A stretch of DNA of 64,000 nucleotides. It comes from the human T2T-CHM13v2.0 reference genome, Homo sapiens. The notes beneath the pieces are model-generated. The model saw only the letters and a program-made list of their open reading frames with translations. It was not told the origin of the DNA and made no database searches. Where the stretch lies: NCBI GenBank assembly GCA_009914755.4, contig CP068257.2, forward strand, positions 12,064,001 to 12,128,000, written 5' to 3'. The position numbers were made by a program, and so were the translations under genes. Of the stretch, positions 31,007-45,500 are shown one piece after another; within the stretch, counting starts at the first letter, position 1; every line of letters starts with the position of its first letter.

Positions 31007-33516
31007 GATTAGTAATTGATACACAAAGACATGACACATGAGAATACCAAGTGCACTGCTTGGCACATAGTAGACATTCAACAAATGCTTCTTGCTGACA
31101 ACTTTTGCTTTCCTCCTCAATCACCCACTTTTTAGAATCCTTGAAAAAATCTTACAAATTTTTCAAATATTCAGGAAACTTAAATAACATCAGATTTAGA
31201 GAAGAATTATTGACTGTAGCCAATTTTTGGACCTATACATTTTTTAAACTATGTGATGGGAATCTCTTCATTTTTTAGAGCAAAATGGATGCATATCAAT
31301 TACAAACCTTGCTAAATCATCCTTTCTATCTCTGAGGCAATAAAATTCATTATCCTGGTTAGTTTGAGGATATACTTAACCCATAAACACCAACAGCAAG
31401 TATAGATTCAGACATTTGTATCTATAATTTAGACAGTTTAAAATGCAATATTAAGTAATTCAAAAATTGTTCAAAGCTCAGTACCTTTTCACACATTAAT
31501 ACTTTGATTATCAACTTCCTTTTAAAGAGTGAGTAGAAAAGGTTAGTAAGTAGAAAAGAGTAAAAGAGGCCTTTCTTTCACAACTTGCCAAGACGTGCAT
31601 TACTTATTTAAAATAAAAAAAAAATGCTGTTTGAAAAACAAGAAGGATGGCAAGAATGAAGCTCCTTCATGCAAGATACCTCTGACTACCCTCTAAAGAC
31701 AGTTACTATGGCATGGTCATAGAATTACTGCAGGAAAAAATTTGTCCACTGAGGCTGCTTCCTCCAGAGGTAAGGTTTAACTTATGGTAACTTGCTATGG
31801 ATCAACAGCTCAAGATGAAGTGTGTGGCTGGCAATTTAAGTGTAAAATTAGATTTCCAGTATAATCAGTCATCTGATAGCCCATCTAAATGTATTCTGCA
31901 TTTGCACATTTAATTAATTATGTCTTAATTGAAAACATTTTGCTCATAATGATTGGTTCTAATTTTATTCCAAATTAAATTAGTAGGGGAGAAATTTAGT
32001 TTGGGAATTTATTGATTTATATATATATTAAAGAAAAAGTAAAAATAATGGATTTTCTCTTTTCTTCTTAAAAGGAAATATCTTTCTGCTCATTTAGAGG
32101 TGCAAAGGAAAACATTTAGAACTTTCCAGATGAATAAATTGCATTTCATCTGAATGAACATCTAACTTTGGAGATGGAGAGAACATTCTTTTGTATTGTT
32201 GTAGATATGCCTAGTATAATATTGGTATAATTAATTTTTCAGCTACAATGCAGATTCCTGGGTCAGTGCAAAAGACCTTGTTTATTTAGAAGTGATTATC
32301 TGAGAAAGTGGCTCATTAGTCTTAGATTCTTGGAATGCACAGTCTGGTCTAGAGATTAAAATAGCTATTTAAATTCCCTTTATGAAAATTGTGCCTGACA
32401 GGGCACTTCCATGTGCAGTGAGGTTTGTATTTGCACATCTAGAGCATCCAGGAAATCAGCAAAGGTGGGTTTTGTGTCTTTAGATATGCTACAGTTGATA
32501 AACCCTAAGATTCAGATATTAACTATTGGATAAGCTCTTGCATTTCCCATAACTTTAGCTTTGAAGCCATTCATTACCTTAATACTAAGGAAAGAATGTC
32601 AGAAAATCCAAAGAGAGAGAATTCTCAGTTATGATTTTTGGACATATAATTGGAAAGAAGTCAGATTTGGCTTTTACAATTAGTGCCATATAATGTCACA
32701 CAAAGTATTTCCTGCAGTGTGCTCAAAGAGGTCAATTTGTGATTTATTTGCAAGTCATAGTTCTGAAATTACTGACTTGTGTGTGTAACAATTTAGCTTT
32801 AACTTGGGCACTTAATTTAGCATTAAATATAGCTCCTCTTCAATATTGACCCTTGCCCTGAACAAGATGTCATTTCATAAACCCAGTTAAACATGGTGCC
32901 TACTGTGGTTTAAATACCAAGACAGATTAAATGTATTGTCCAGTTTCACAGATCAGCAATGCTTCTCTTCCTGTATCACTAGCTCATGATAATAACATAA
33001 GGGACCAGTCTGTGCCAGTGGATGGGCCAGAATTAAAAGAAGATAAATATTGATGTCCTGCCTGAAAGAAAACTGGGCACCCAAGGTGTCAGAGAGTTGT
33101 CTGATATACTGTGACATGAATGTCCCATATATATAAATTGCAGCCTTTTTAAAATAAGGTAGAATTGTTTGTGGAAGATTAAAAACTCTCTTTCTAAATT
33201 GTTGAATTAAAATATTTAGTTAAATAAATCACTGCTATTTTCATCAATGTTGGAGTTGTTTCTTCAAGTTTGTGTGTTTTCTCAATTAGAAAAAAAGTCT
33301 AATTTGTTTAAATAGTGAGAAGTCAACATTGAACTGTTGTCTACTCAATAGCCACAATTCCTTATTTCTTGTTCACAATGAATAAGAAATTTGTATTGTT
33401 GCAACAAGTTCACAGACAATGGATTCCTCTCTCAATCTGAGAGGATGAGCCATGGTTGATCTAGGCCATGAATATTGTGGTAGATTGTATTGTGTGTTCC
33501 TAATTCTTTGTTCTCT

Positions 33517-33815
33517 GGCCAGGTGCAGTGTCTCACGCCTGTAATCCTAGCACTTCAGGAAACTGAGGCAGGCAGATTGCCAGAGCTCAGGAGTTCGATA
33601 CCGGCCTGGGCAACATGGCAAAACCCCTCTCTACTAAAAATACAAAAAATTAGCTGGGTATGCTGGTGTGCACCTGTAATCCCAGCTACTTGGGAGCCTG
33701 AGGTGTGAGAATCACTTGAACCCAGAAGGCGAAGAATGCAGTGAGCCAAGATTGTGCCACTGCACTCCAGCCTGGATGACAGAGCGAGACTCTGTCTGAG
33801 AAAAAAATAATTAAA
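33517..33815 (+). mobile_element. Alu SINE
   Basis: 'ggccaggtgcagtgtctcacgcctgtaatcctagcac...gcagtgagccaagattgtgccactgcactccagcctggatgacagagcgagactctgtctgagaaaaaaa'. Confidence 0.9.
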
Positions 33816-34812
33816 ACAGATGATTCTTGTTCCCTCCCCATCCTTACCTTTTTTTTAATGAGGAAAGAATATTTCCCAGTATCACTGACTTTGGGCTTGG
33901 CTATGTGACTGCTCTACCCAATAGAATTTGGTAGGTTAATAGTAATAGAAGTAACTAAGCAGAACTTTAAAGAAGTTTCTCCTCTTCAACTCTTGCTTAT
34001 AAAGCATTATAAAAATCAATATATATAAAGCATTATAAAAATCAAATGCTCTAAGTAGTCTGTGTCCTTCAACATGGGTCCAGGAATGAGAGACACCTGG
34101 AGCACACCTGACTCTCATCTGTAGTCTAAGGTAGAACTGCGGCAACCAATTCGCAAAATTCATGAGCAAGGAGTAAATGCTTGCTGTTATCGGTCAGTAA
34201 CTTCTTGTCATGTTTCTTAAGCATTATTGGAGCAAAAGCAAACTAATACAAACGTTAGTGTAATTCCTTTGCTTGTGATTGATTTAGAGATGAATATTTG
34301 TCCTGTTTCCAGGTAATACAATGTATTTAGGAAGAATGCCAAAGGAGGGAGCTTATTAGTAGGATTTTGACCTCTAATGAAAATGATGGCCAAATATATG
34401 AAATTTTTTCTTTCTTTGGTTTTTATTGTTTAAAGACATAATTATTTAAGTTGTGTTAGTTGTGTGTGATCTTATAACTGTGAGGAATTACATAGAATGA
34501 AAATGGAATGTGCTGTGGTGGCAGAACAGAAAGAAGTTGGGTGATTGACATTGTTGAGCTCTGCAGGAAATCTGTTAGTCTCCATTTCCGGAGGTCTTGC
34601 TATGTAGAAAAATTGGATGACTTTATTGCTTAAGTCACTATAAGAATGTTTTCTGTTACCTGCAACCCAATGCACCCAACTAATAAAGTATGTTTCTAGA
34701 AATACACTTGCCTGCACTCATTTTTAAGACACACAGACCACATACACATGGAGAGATATTTTTAAAGGTCTTGTACTACATAAATTGTACTATTTTTTAA
34801 TTTAAAAATATG

Positions 34813-35112
<300 letters not shown>

Positions 35113-35518
35113 AGATAATGTGATTTTTTTATATTATAGCACATGTACAAGACTGAAATCTGTCTCATTTTTTAAAGTAACTGCCTAGTACTTTATGCAT
35201 GAACATCCTTTGCCTTCAAATTGAATTTGAGGATCAACCTCAGCTATTTTCATAAAATAAATTTAAAAATATATAAAAAGATGAAAAATATGAGGGAAAC
35301 ATTAAGTGAAATGGAATTTGAATTCATAAGTTGTGATATCCATCTAAATGAGTCACCAAGAGTTAAAAGATGAAAAATGAAAACAAATACTCACGGAAAT
35401 AATAGAAGAAAACTTTAAAAGGTAGAGAATAAACACATGCTGTAATGTCACTACCCACTCAGTGTTAAGTTAAATGGATTTGTTGAGAAGACTCCAAAAG
35501 CAGTTATAAATGTCGAGT

Positions 35519-35550
35519 ATGTGTGTGCACATGTGTGTGTATATGTGTGC
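35519..35550. repeat. (GT)n/(TG)n microsatellite
   Basis: 'gtgtgtgcacatgtgtgtgtatatgtgtgc'. Confidence 0.7.
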
Positions 35551-35737
35551 AACCCTATATAAAATATTTTAAAATCACTTTTATTGAAATATTGCATATG
35601 TACATCTAAGAACGAATTTTAAGCTTGATGAATTTTTACATTGTTGACACAGCCATTTAACTATCAGCTAAGAGAAGAAATAAAACATAACCAGCAACTC
35701 TCACCTCATTTTATATTCACTATCAATCCTTACTCTT

Positions 35738-36029
35738 TTTTTAATTTGAGACAGAGTCTCATTCTGTTGCTCAGGCTGGAGTGCAGTTGCATGATCTCAG
35801 CTCACTGCAACCTCTACACCCTGGGTTCAAGCAATTCTCATGCCTCAGCCTCCCAAGTAGCTAGGTTACAGGCACTCACCACCATGCCCAGCTAATTTTT
35901 GTAATTTTAGTAGAGACAGGGTTTTGCCATGTTGGCCAGGCTGGCCTTGAACTCCTGGCCTCAAGCAGTTTGCCCACCTCAGCCTCCTAAAGTGCTGGGA
36001 TTACAGGAATGAGTTACTGTGCCTGGCCC
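35738..36029 (-). mobile_element. Alu SINE (reverse orientation)
   Basis: 'tttttttaatttgagacagagtctcattctgttgctcaggctggagtgcagttgcatgatctcagctcactgcaacc...ctgtgcctggccc'. Confidence 0.9.
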
Positions 36030-39000
36030 ATTCCTCTTTTTTAATACCCCAAAGGCAACTGATATCCTAATTTCTCACACAAGGGATTGGTTTTGCCTGG
36101 GTGTTGAACTTTATATAAAGGGACTATCAGTACATTATTTGCCATATTGATCTACGTTATTTTATGTAACAATAATGCATATTTATTCATTGTTCCATAG
36201 TATTCCATGTAGAAATAGATCACAATTTATTTGCTATTTCTTCTCTTAATAGATATATTTGGGTTGGCTTCTGTTATTGTTATGAATACGATGCTTTAAA
36301 TATTCTTTTTCTAGTAAAAATATGTGCAGATTTATAGCTGAACAGAAAAAGCTTTGTCTTTTAACCTGGATATCTGGATTTTTTACTCTTGGTGAAAATA
36401 ACTGCAATGACATTTATCATGTATGATTTAAAGTCAGGAAATGCCTCCTGGTAACCTACAGGGTCAGTTTTTCACTGATGGGTTACAACTGGCCTAATTG
36501 GTTTGACAAACCTAGCTTGATTACATGGACAAGGAGACATAAAAGGCTTGTGGAGAATTTCTCCTCGAAGCCCTCCTGAAAGCATGATTCCTAGCACAGA
36601 ATCTTGGTGGTTGACACTGGAGACAGAATGCACACTCTGTGTCTGTGAATACTTGGAGCCCTGGGTAGCTTTCAACATGGGATGTCTTTCAGACTCCCAG
36701 TCCATGCCCGCACTCTCTTTCACTTGCTGCACCATATCCTTTGCCTTTAAATAAAAGCCCCATGTAAATATGTTCTATGGAATGTGGTGGTTCCTTTCAA
36801 ACATCCAAACAGGAAGCTTTTCAGTATGTATACATTTCTATTGATAATACACCTAAGAATGAATTTGCTATTTGCCAGTTCATAAAAGTATATATATTTA
36901 TATATTGAGCTTTAGACAAAATTTTCAAGTAAAATACAAAAAGAAATTTCTTGAACCATTAGAGAATAAGTTACTGACCTGATTTCCAGTTACCACCAAA
37001 TATTTTGGGGTTTATTCCTTACAAACAGGTTTCTCCTACATGTTCACAACACAACTGTCAGCATTGGTTGTATTCCCACTAATACCCTGTTACTGTCTAA
37101 TCCTCAGACCCCATTCAAGACCCTGGCACTCTACATTAAGCTACCCCTGTGTGTAGTTACCTTCTTCACTCTACTCTGACTCCAACACCTCATGCTTGGC
37201 CACCGTCATTCTTGGATGCCATCCCTGGGCTCTGATCTACTCCCTAGATTATCATCCATTTCACATAGACACTCTTCTCATCCTTCCTGGGTTAAACCCA
37301 CATGGGTGCTCACCCCACTCTGCTCAGTGAGGCTCTGACACTCCAACCTTGCTGTATCACTGTGGTGATGCCCTTTTCATCTTGCTTGGGTTCTGCCACC
37401 ACTTCTGTGTGGACTCCTTCTCCTGTTCTTTGGCTTTGATACCTGGCACCTTGGAGCCCTCCTATACAGATGCCCCTTTCAGTCTATTTACACCAGAAAA
37501 TCCCACAGTGACTTGACTCTTCTACATGCAAATCCTTTTTATCCCATTCTGTGCCACTGCCTTACATGGGTGTTCTCTTCCCACTAGCCTGAGGGGTTTA
37601 GACACCAGGTGATGGATAATACTTCTGTCTGGATGCTCCCTCACCTTGTTTTGATTCTGACACCCCACGTGGGTCACCTACATGCATTGAAGCCCTTACT
37701 CAGTTGTGGCTTCAATCCAAATGAGGCAGCCTTCCTCTGTAGAAGGAGGAATTAACCATTTTTCCCTATTCTAAAAATTAATCATTTCCCCAAAGAGCAC
37801 GGGTTTCTTTCATGGAGAAATAGTGTTTGGATACAAAGGTCTAGAGGCTAGGTGTTCTACTAGGGTGTCATTTCTTCTAGATTCTTTCACTTCACAAAGC
37901 TAAGAAATACATATGCATATACCAAGCAAAACACACCATAAGGGTAAAATGATGACTTTTTTGAGGTTGGAGGTCACTATCTCTCCATCCTGTCTTCCTT
38001 AGAGTATTTCCTTGAAATCTTAATAGGTCCAAATAACAGGTTTATGCTTTTGATTTTGCAGTGGAAGAATGGGGACTTTCTGACCCTTGGAAGTGTAAAC
38101 AAATGCCTCCAAAACTTACTTGGGAGTTTTTCACAAGAGGACTATCTTAGGATGTAGCCCTTTGTCTCTTGAGGAGATGAGAAGTTATTCTTACTTCTGC
38201 TTTGCTAAATAAATTATGTGAAAGTCTGCCTAGACATTTTAGTCACTTTTGTAGTACCTACGTGCATAGAAATCTGACCATGTTCATGTAGTAATAAACT
38301 GTGTTCTCTTTTCTATGTTGGTTCAGAGAGGTCTTTGTTAGTGTTATTTTATTTCCAACAAACACACGGCCTATATTTCTGTATTGTTACTTTCTAGAGA
38401 TGGATGACTTTGGATGGTCAAATATTGATAGAAAGGCACTAGTGAAACATAATTCAGAAAAAACACATTTACAGATTTGGTGACAAGAAATGAAGAAATT
38501 TTTCATGTTAAGCTCCAATTATCTCTGAAAGGTAGAAGGAAAGTCATTAGTTGAGAGTATACATGGCATTGGAGTTGGAAGTTTTGAGAAAAGTGGAGGC
38601 TTACAAAATTAAAATAGTTGTTTCCAATAAGATGAAATAGAACTGATTAAAGAACAAAGGAGACATGATTGCTGAGGAGTCTCTCAGATTAGTTCACGTT
38701 GATCACTGTAGTCTATTGTTTCACAATAACTCATTCCAAATCAAGCTGCATATTGGATTCACCTGGGATCTTTTAAGATATACCGATTTCTGGGTGCCAC
38801 CTGCAGAGATTCTGTTGTAATCACTCAGGAGTCTGACATCAGCATCCAGATTTCAAAAGTTCCCCGAGTGATTCTAAAGCATCCTGAAGATCAAGAACCA
38901 TTGACCCAGATAGAATGTTCATTGCCTTTATTGTTTTCCACAAAAACCTACCCATGTAAAGCATTTGTGAGGATATAAAAGTTTACTGAAAATTAGAAAT

Positions 39001-39203
39001 TGAGAGTTGAATTGGCAAACAAATTTAGTCAAATTAAATTCTGAGTTTTAATGCTTTCCTATGGCCAACCCAAGAGTGTGGAACTTTCCTTGGGCCTTCA
39101 CCCCATTGTCTCCAAACTCAAATCATTTCACTAACTCTTCTCCACCTTCCCAGTCTCTGCTTTCTGAATGCCACTTCCTAGTCTACCTGACTCTGGGAAC
39201 TAT

Positions 39204-39283
39204 CGGTTGGAGCAAAAGTAATTGCACTTTTTGCCATTAAAATTGATGTCGAAAACCACAAATTACTTTTGCACCAGCCTAAT
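39204..39283. mobile_element. MADE1 (mariner-derived MITE)
   Basis: 'ggttggagcaaaagtaattgcactttttgccattaaaattgatg...cacaaattacttttgcaccagcc', the same palindromic family as at 30929. Confidence 0.8.
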
Positions 39284-42200
39284 AAAACTTGTTACTCCAT
39301 AACTCAGAGTGATTCAGCTCTCACTAACAACCTGGTGTTCTCCATTTTCCTTTAGCCTGGACTATAGCTATTCATCACTTTTGAGAATTTTTAAGAGGCA
39401 ACGTTCTTGCATGTGATCTGGTTTATAGAACCAGGATAAAAGGTCAGTGTTGACTCCAAAGTTTCCCAGGCCCGGGATCTCCTCAGAAATATGTGGCAGA
39501 GACAGACCTGCAGGATAAAGACAAGATATGCAGTCTTTTCTCATTCACTCCATTGATAGCTAGTAACAGCCGACCATATCTCAGTTGAATGAAGTTAAAA
39601 AGATAGATAGACAAATAGATACAGTAGAGTGTAGTCCATATAATGGTTTAGTATACATAGGAAGTACACAAATACAGTAACATCTGGACAAACTAGAGGA
39701 TGGGAGAAGAAGGGAATTGAGAGAGTATTGCAAGAAGTGAAGAACCCAGGGTTTGAGCTAGCCTCCTGAATCCACATGTATAGAGTTGTAGAATTGGAGT
39801 ACTACAAAGGATGTCAGAAATCATCTAATCTAGTCACCCTTTGTTACAGACTAGAAAGTAGAAATCTCATAGCCTAGGAGTTGAACTGAATTGAAGAAAG
39901 TCCCATAACAAGTCAGGGGCAGCGCCAGGATTAAATTGGAATCGGGGTTCATTGATGACTGGCCCAGCGATACTCCCTCAACAGGTAACGAATTTCTAAG
40001 GTTCTATGAGCACAGCTACAGGAGGGATTAGGCCAGCAATAGGGTCGCTGGTGGCAGTAGAGGCCTAAACCTGCATGGCTTACACCTCTGTCTGCAAAGT
40101 GACTGACTCATTCCAGGCCTATCTGTGCACTCTGCAGTACCTCTGCTCAGAAGGTGCCAATGGGGGAAATGCTAGATAGATAATTTGGCTTGAGCATAGA
40201 GTGTGAGGGAAGGACACATACTGAAAATAGGAAGGAGAATGAGAAACCTGAATCAAGAACCAGCCTAACAAATATTAGGCCTTTGAATTATAAAGCAGGC
40301 ATATTGTATGGCTTTAGAAAATTACAAGATCATAAAGATGAGCAAATAAGACTAGAAAATTATGACTTTGGGACCTTGTGTCTGAAGTAAATGGAGAGGC
40401 ACTTTGGGGAGTGGCAGGCAATGAAAACACATCTACCACCTGAGATGACTCACAGAAATTCAAAACAGCCTCTTTTTTTTAAGTCCAATTCAAATATAGT
40501 CAAGTGAGGGAGGGTACATCATTTATTCTCAACTCACTGTGTTTAGTTTCTTAAAAGATGGCCGAATTGTAAAAAAAGCTTTTGAATGGGGCAGTTCTAG
40601 TGTCAGTTGTTCTCTCTTTTCCTTTTTTACTTACCCACTACTATAAACTACCATAGATACATTCTTTACATTCAGTTAGTTAGTTTTACGTTTCCCAATT
40701 TCCACATTTGTAATTATAGCCTAGGAAGCTTCTTTGCTTGGAGAAAGATGTTCTTATATTAAAACATAAAACTCTTCTCAAGCATCCACTAGTTCATCCA
40801 GTAAGCAATTTCATCATTACATACCAGAGGTCAGTATTGCACTATTAATTTACATGAGTGATTAATTTTTACTTTCCCAGTAATAAAGATGAGAAACAAA
40901 ATACCAAAGATTATTACTATATTAGAGCTTTGGTGTTAGTTCCTTAAGCAAGTATCATCTGTGCAGGCATGCACAGATCATGAATGGCTTAACAAAAATA
41001 CGAAAGAAAAAGAAAAAAGCCATCACAATGAAGGTGGCCTTTGTTCTTTAGGAAGACATTCATAACTCATTCCAGGCATATTAATTATGCAACTTTTACA
41101 CAAAAGTTACTTTATATTGAGAAATGTTCACAACTAGCAGTATTAACAGACATGCTGGCAGTGAATTAAAAAGATAACAATAGTTTTTAAAGCCTCATTC
41201 AAATCTGCATATCTACAATAGTGTATCAATTTGGGATGGCCAAAGTTATAGATAATTTGGATAAATAAAATAGGGGCTCAGCAGTAAAATAATGACTGTA
41301 TCTCCAGAAGCTTTAAGATTAATGAAAAGAAGAAAAGACTAAAGGCAGATCAAGCTGTCATGCTGACTACAGACATAGTAAAGGCTTTCCACAGAAAGAG
41401 AAAATAGATTAGTCTTGTTTTACTCTGGTCAACAAAGGGTAGAATTATAGAAATGGAGATTGCAGCTGCATATAGATAGAATTGTTAAGACTCATAGCTA
41501 TTCCAACATCTTTGCCTAGGGGGCCATAGGGAGTGCCAACATCGAGTATCAGAACAAACTAGATGAATGCCAAAATCTCTTATACTCTAAGGTTATATGA
41601 GAAAGTGATTTTGATGCCAAAGAGTAAATATTCCACAAATTCCAAACCTCCTTCCAGGCATATATATTCGAGTAGCACCTTCTTTAAGAAGTCTCCCTTA
41701 ATCTGAGAACACAGTTTGCTTGTGTTTCTAATACTTTGACCATACATTGTCTTTTGTCATCTTTTGACCATATTGTACATTTATGTATTATTTAGCTTTG
41801 TGTTGTTATGTCTTATCTAAAACCAAGATTCTTCTTTTAGGAATACATGTTATTTTATCCTCTATGACACCTAGCACAATACAATGAAGTTAGTAGATAC
41901 TCAGATAATATCTGTAGTCTGAACCTATTTCCTTATCTAAACAGTAAGGAATAAGAACACCCACTTTACCTGCCTCACTGAGCTGTTTTGAAGATCAGAT
42001 GAAATAATGTGCCTGAAAGCACTTTGAAAAGTATAGAATGTTATACAAATGTAAGGCATTCTAATTTCAGAGGGAGGTTTTTCTCAGTTACAACCTCCAT
42101 GTCAGCTCGAATAAAGGAACATTTTTTAAAACTTAATCTGAAAAGAAACTTGTCCCTTCTAGGCACAAATTATAAAACTCCCCAAAAAATGTTTGTATAT

Positions 42201-42521
42201 ATTTTTGTTTGTTTGTTCCTAAATAGTATAATGAGCTATGGTCTTTCAGGGAAAATGTTGCTCTGATACTAGTTCACAATGTAGAAAATTGCCCTTATGT
42301 ACTTTCAGGAAAGAATTGCAAACAAATGAGCTATTTTCTTTTCTCAAGTAAAGTGACTTCCCAAGCATGGGTGGCAGCTGTTCAAGTCCATCTGGTCAAG
42401 AATTCACTAAGATCATAATGTGAAAGTTGCTCAAGTGCAGATTTGCACGACAGCCTGCAAATGTTCCTTTGGAGACGAAATGGTTTCTCAGGTCAATGAT
42501 CTGCATATTTAAAAGTCTCTA

Positions 42522-45500
42522 GGACACCCTAAGATGGCGGCGAGGGAGACGGTGAAGGTTGGCTCCCGCCTGTCTGGGCTCTGATCCTCTGTCTCCCCCT
42601 CCCCCTGCGGCCGGCTCATGGCCTGGCGGAGGCCCGAACCAAAGACCTCCGCACCGCCGTGTACAACGCCGCCCGTGACGGCAAGGGGGCAGCTGCTCCA
42701 GAAGCTGCTCAGCAGCCGGAGCCGGGAGGAACTGGACGAGCTGACTGGCTAGGTGGCCGGCGGGGGGACGCCGCTGCTCATCGCCGCCTGCTACGGCCAC
42801 CTGGACGTGGTGGAGTACCTGGTGGACCCGTGCGGCGCGAGCGTGGAGGCCGGTGGCTCGGTGCACTTCGATGGCGAGACCATGGAGGGTGCGCCGCCGC
42901 TGTGGGCGCGGACCACCTGGACGTGGTACGGAGCCTGCTGCGCCGCGGGGCCTCGGTGAACTGCACCACGCGCACCAACTCCACGCCCCTCCGCGCCGCC
43001 TGCTTCGAGGGCCTCCTGGAGGTGGTGCGCTACCTGGTCGGCGAGCACCAGGCCAACCTGGAGGTGGCCAACCGGCACGGCCACATGTGCCTCATGATCT
43101 CGTGCTACAAGGGCCACCGTGAGATCGCCCGCTACCTGCTGGAGCAGGGCGCCCAGGTGAACTGGCGCAGCGCCAAGGGCAACACGGCCCTGCACAACTG
43201 TGCCGAGACCAGCAGCCTGGAGATCCTGCAGCTGCTGCTGGGGTGCAAGGCCAGCATGGAACGTGATAGCTACGGCATGACCCCGTTGCTCCCGGCCAGC
43301 GTGACGGGCCACACCAACATCGTGGAGTACCTCATCCAGGAGCAGCCCGGCCAGGAGCAGCTCATAGGGGTAGAGGCTCAGCTTAGGCTGCCCCAAGAAG
43401 GCTCCTCCACCAGCCAGGGGTGTGCGCAGCCTCAGGGGGCTCCGTGCTGCATCTTCTCCCCTGAGGTACTGAACGGGGAATCTTACCAAAGCTGCTGTCC
43501 CACCAGCCGGGAAGCTGCCATGGAAGCCTTGGAATTGCTGGGATCTACCTATGTGGATAAGAAACGAGATCTGCTTGGGGCCCTTAAACACTGGAGGCGG
43601 GCCATGGAGCTGCGTCACCAGGGGGGTGAGTACCTGCCCAAACTGGAGCCCCCACAGCTGGTCCTGGCCTATGACTATTCCAGGGAGGTCAACACCACCG
43701 AGGAGCTGGAGGCGCTGATCACCGACGCCGATGAGATGCGTATGCAGGCCTTGTTGATCCGGGAGCGCATCCTCAGTCCCTCGCACCCCGACACTTCCTA
43801 TTGTATCCGTTACAGGGGCGCAGTGTATGCCGACTCGGGGAATATCGAGTGCTACATCCGCTTGTGGAAGTACGCCCTGGACATGCAACAGAGCAACCTG
43901 GAGCCTCTGACCCCCATGAGCGCCAGCAGCTTCCTCTCCTTCGCCGAACTCTTCTCCTACGTGCTGCAGGACCCGGCTGCCAAAGGCAGCCTGGGCACCC
44001 AGATCGGCTTTGCAGACCTCATGGGGGTCCTCACCAAAAGGGTCCGGGAAGTGGAATGGGCCCTGCAGCTGCTCAGGGAGCCTAGAGACTCGGCCCAGTT
44101 CAACAAGGCGCTGGCCATCATCCTCCACCTGCTCTACCTGCTGGAGAAAGTGGAGTGCACCCCCAGCCAGGAGCACCTGAAGCACCAGACCATCTATCGC
44201 CTGCTCAAGTGCGCACCCAGGGGCAAGAACGGCTTCACGCCTCTGCACATGGCTGTGGACAAGGACACCACAAACGTGGGCCGCTACCCCGTGGGCAGAT
44301 TCCCCTCGTTGCACGTGGTCAAAGTGCTGTTCGACTGCGGGGCCGACCGGGACAGCAGGGATTTTGACAACAACACCCCGCTACACATAGCAGCCCAGAA
44401 CAACTGCCCGGCCATCGTGAATGCCCTGACTGAAGCAGGGGCCCACATGGACGCCACCAACGCCTTCAAGAAGACGGCCTACGAGCTGCTGGAAGAGAAG
44501 CTGCTGGCCAGGGGTACCATGCAGCCCTTCAACTACGTGACGCTGCAGTGCCTTGCAGCCCAGGCCCTGGATAAGAACAAGATCCCTTACAAGGGCTTCA
44601 TCCCGGAAGATCTGGAGGCATTCATCGAACTGCACTGACCTGCCCAGAACATCTGCACCCTCACCTCTCCCCTCTCCTGCTGAGACGGGGGAAATCAGGC
44701 TGGGGTATAGCAGATGCTCGTTCTTGCCTCCTTCAGGCACCAATCAGGAGAAGGGTTCTGCCTCCCATCCCCTTTACCTGAAGACAGGGTCTGAGGTGTT
44801 AGCGAGCCTTTGGTGCTAGAAGCCTTCAGGGTCACATGCCAAGAGGACAGTCTTTCTCCGGGAAGCCCACTGACTCAGAAATTCTGAGTTAGGAAAAGAC
44901 ACAAGACCTTCCCCACATCCTGTCTGCCTGGGTTACGGAGGCCTTTGCCTTGTTACCTAGAGGTGGAGGGACTGAAGCCATTGCGTTCCTTCCTTGCTAG
45001 AAACACAGGAAGAAGTTGAGGACGGTCTGCCTTCCCTTGTCCTTTTACATGGCCAGGTAACTCCAGCTGCTGAATACAGTGTTAGGACTGGGGGCTCCCG
45101 AGATGAGAGTTTGAAAGTCAGGGAATGAAACCACCTCTCATTTCTTCCAGCATGATCACGACCTGCTCCTGTGCCACCATAGTCCCTGGCAGACAGGCAG
45201 GGCTCTGCTCAGGGCAGCCTGCCACTTGCATAGCTTTTGGTTAGTTTGGTGTTCTGTTTATTTAATAAGTGGGCAGGTTGCAAGCATTGCACAGGAATTC
45301 TGAGATTTTACTGCCTTTTTTTTTTTTTTAAAGAAAGTTGTTTGTTGGACTCCGTAAGTGAATTTCAAGCAGTGAGGATTCTGTAGTGCCTGAGATGGCT
45401 GAGGCCACAGGGAGTGAGCTGTATGTGTGAGGAAGTTGGTGAGCGAGATAAAAGTCCATGGTTTCGACCCCTAAAACATGTGTGACTGTACATTTTTATA

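Noticed and set aside
33960-34050. 27-bp tandem duplication 'taaagcattataaaaatcaa' x2
   Set aside because: It is a simple local slippage duplication in AT-rich DNA with no further structure.
42791-44314. 507-aa ORF on the minus strand across the FEM1A retrocopy
   Set aside because: It is antisense to a GC-rich, codon-biased coding sequence, where long stop-free reverse frames arise by chance. The translation is low-complexity (G/A/L/Q/V-rich) with no domain-like content.
42659-44638. 659-aa + strand ORF read as an intact FEM1-like gene
   Set aside because: The first 85 codons are out of frame relative to FEM1A because of a +1 insertion followed by a 10-bp deletion. The track's start is GTG, not ATG, the authentic ATG is lost, and an in-frame TAG lies in the native frame. 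This is a pseudogene, not an intact paralogue.
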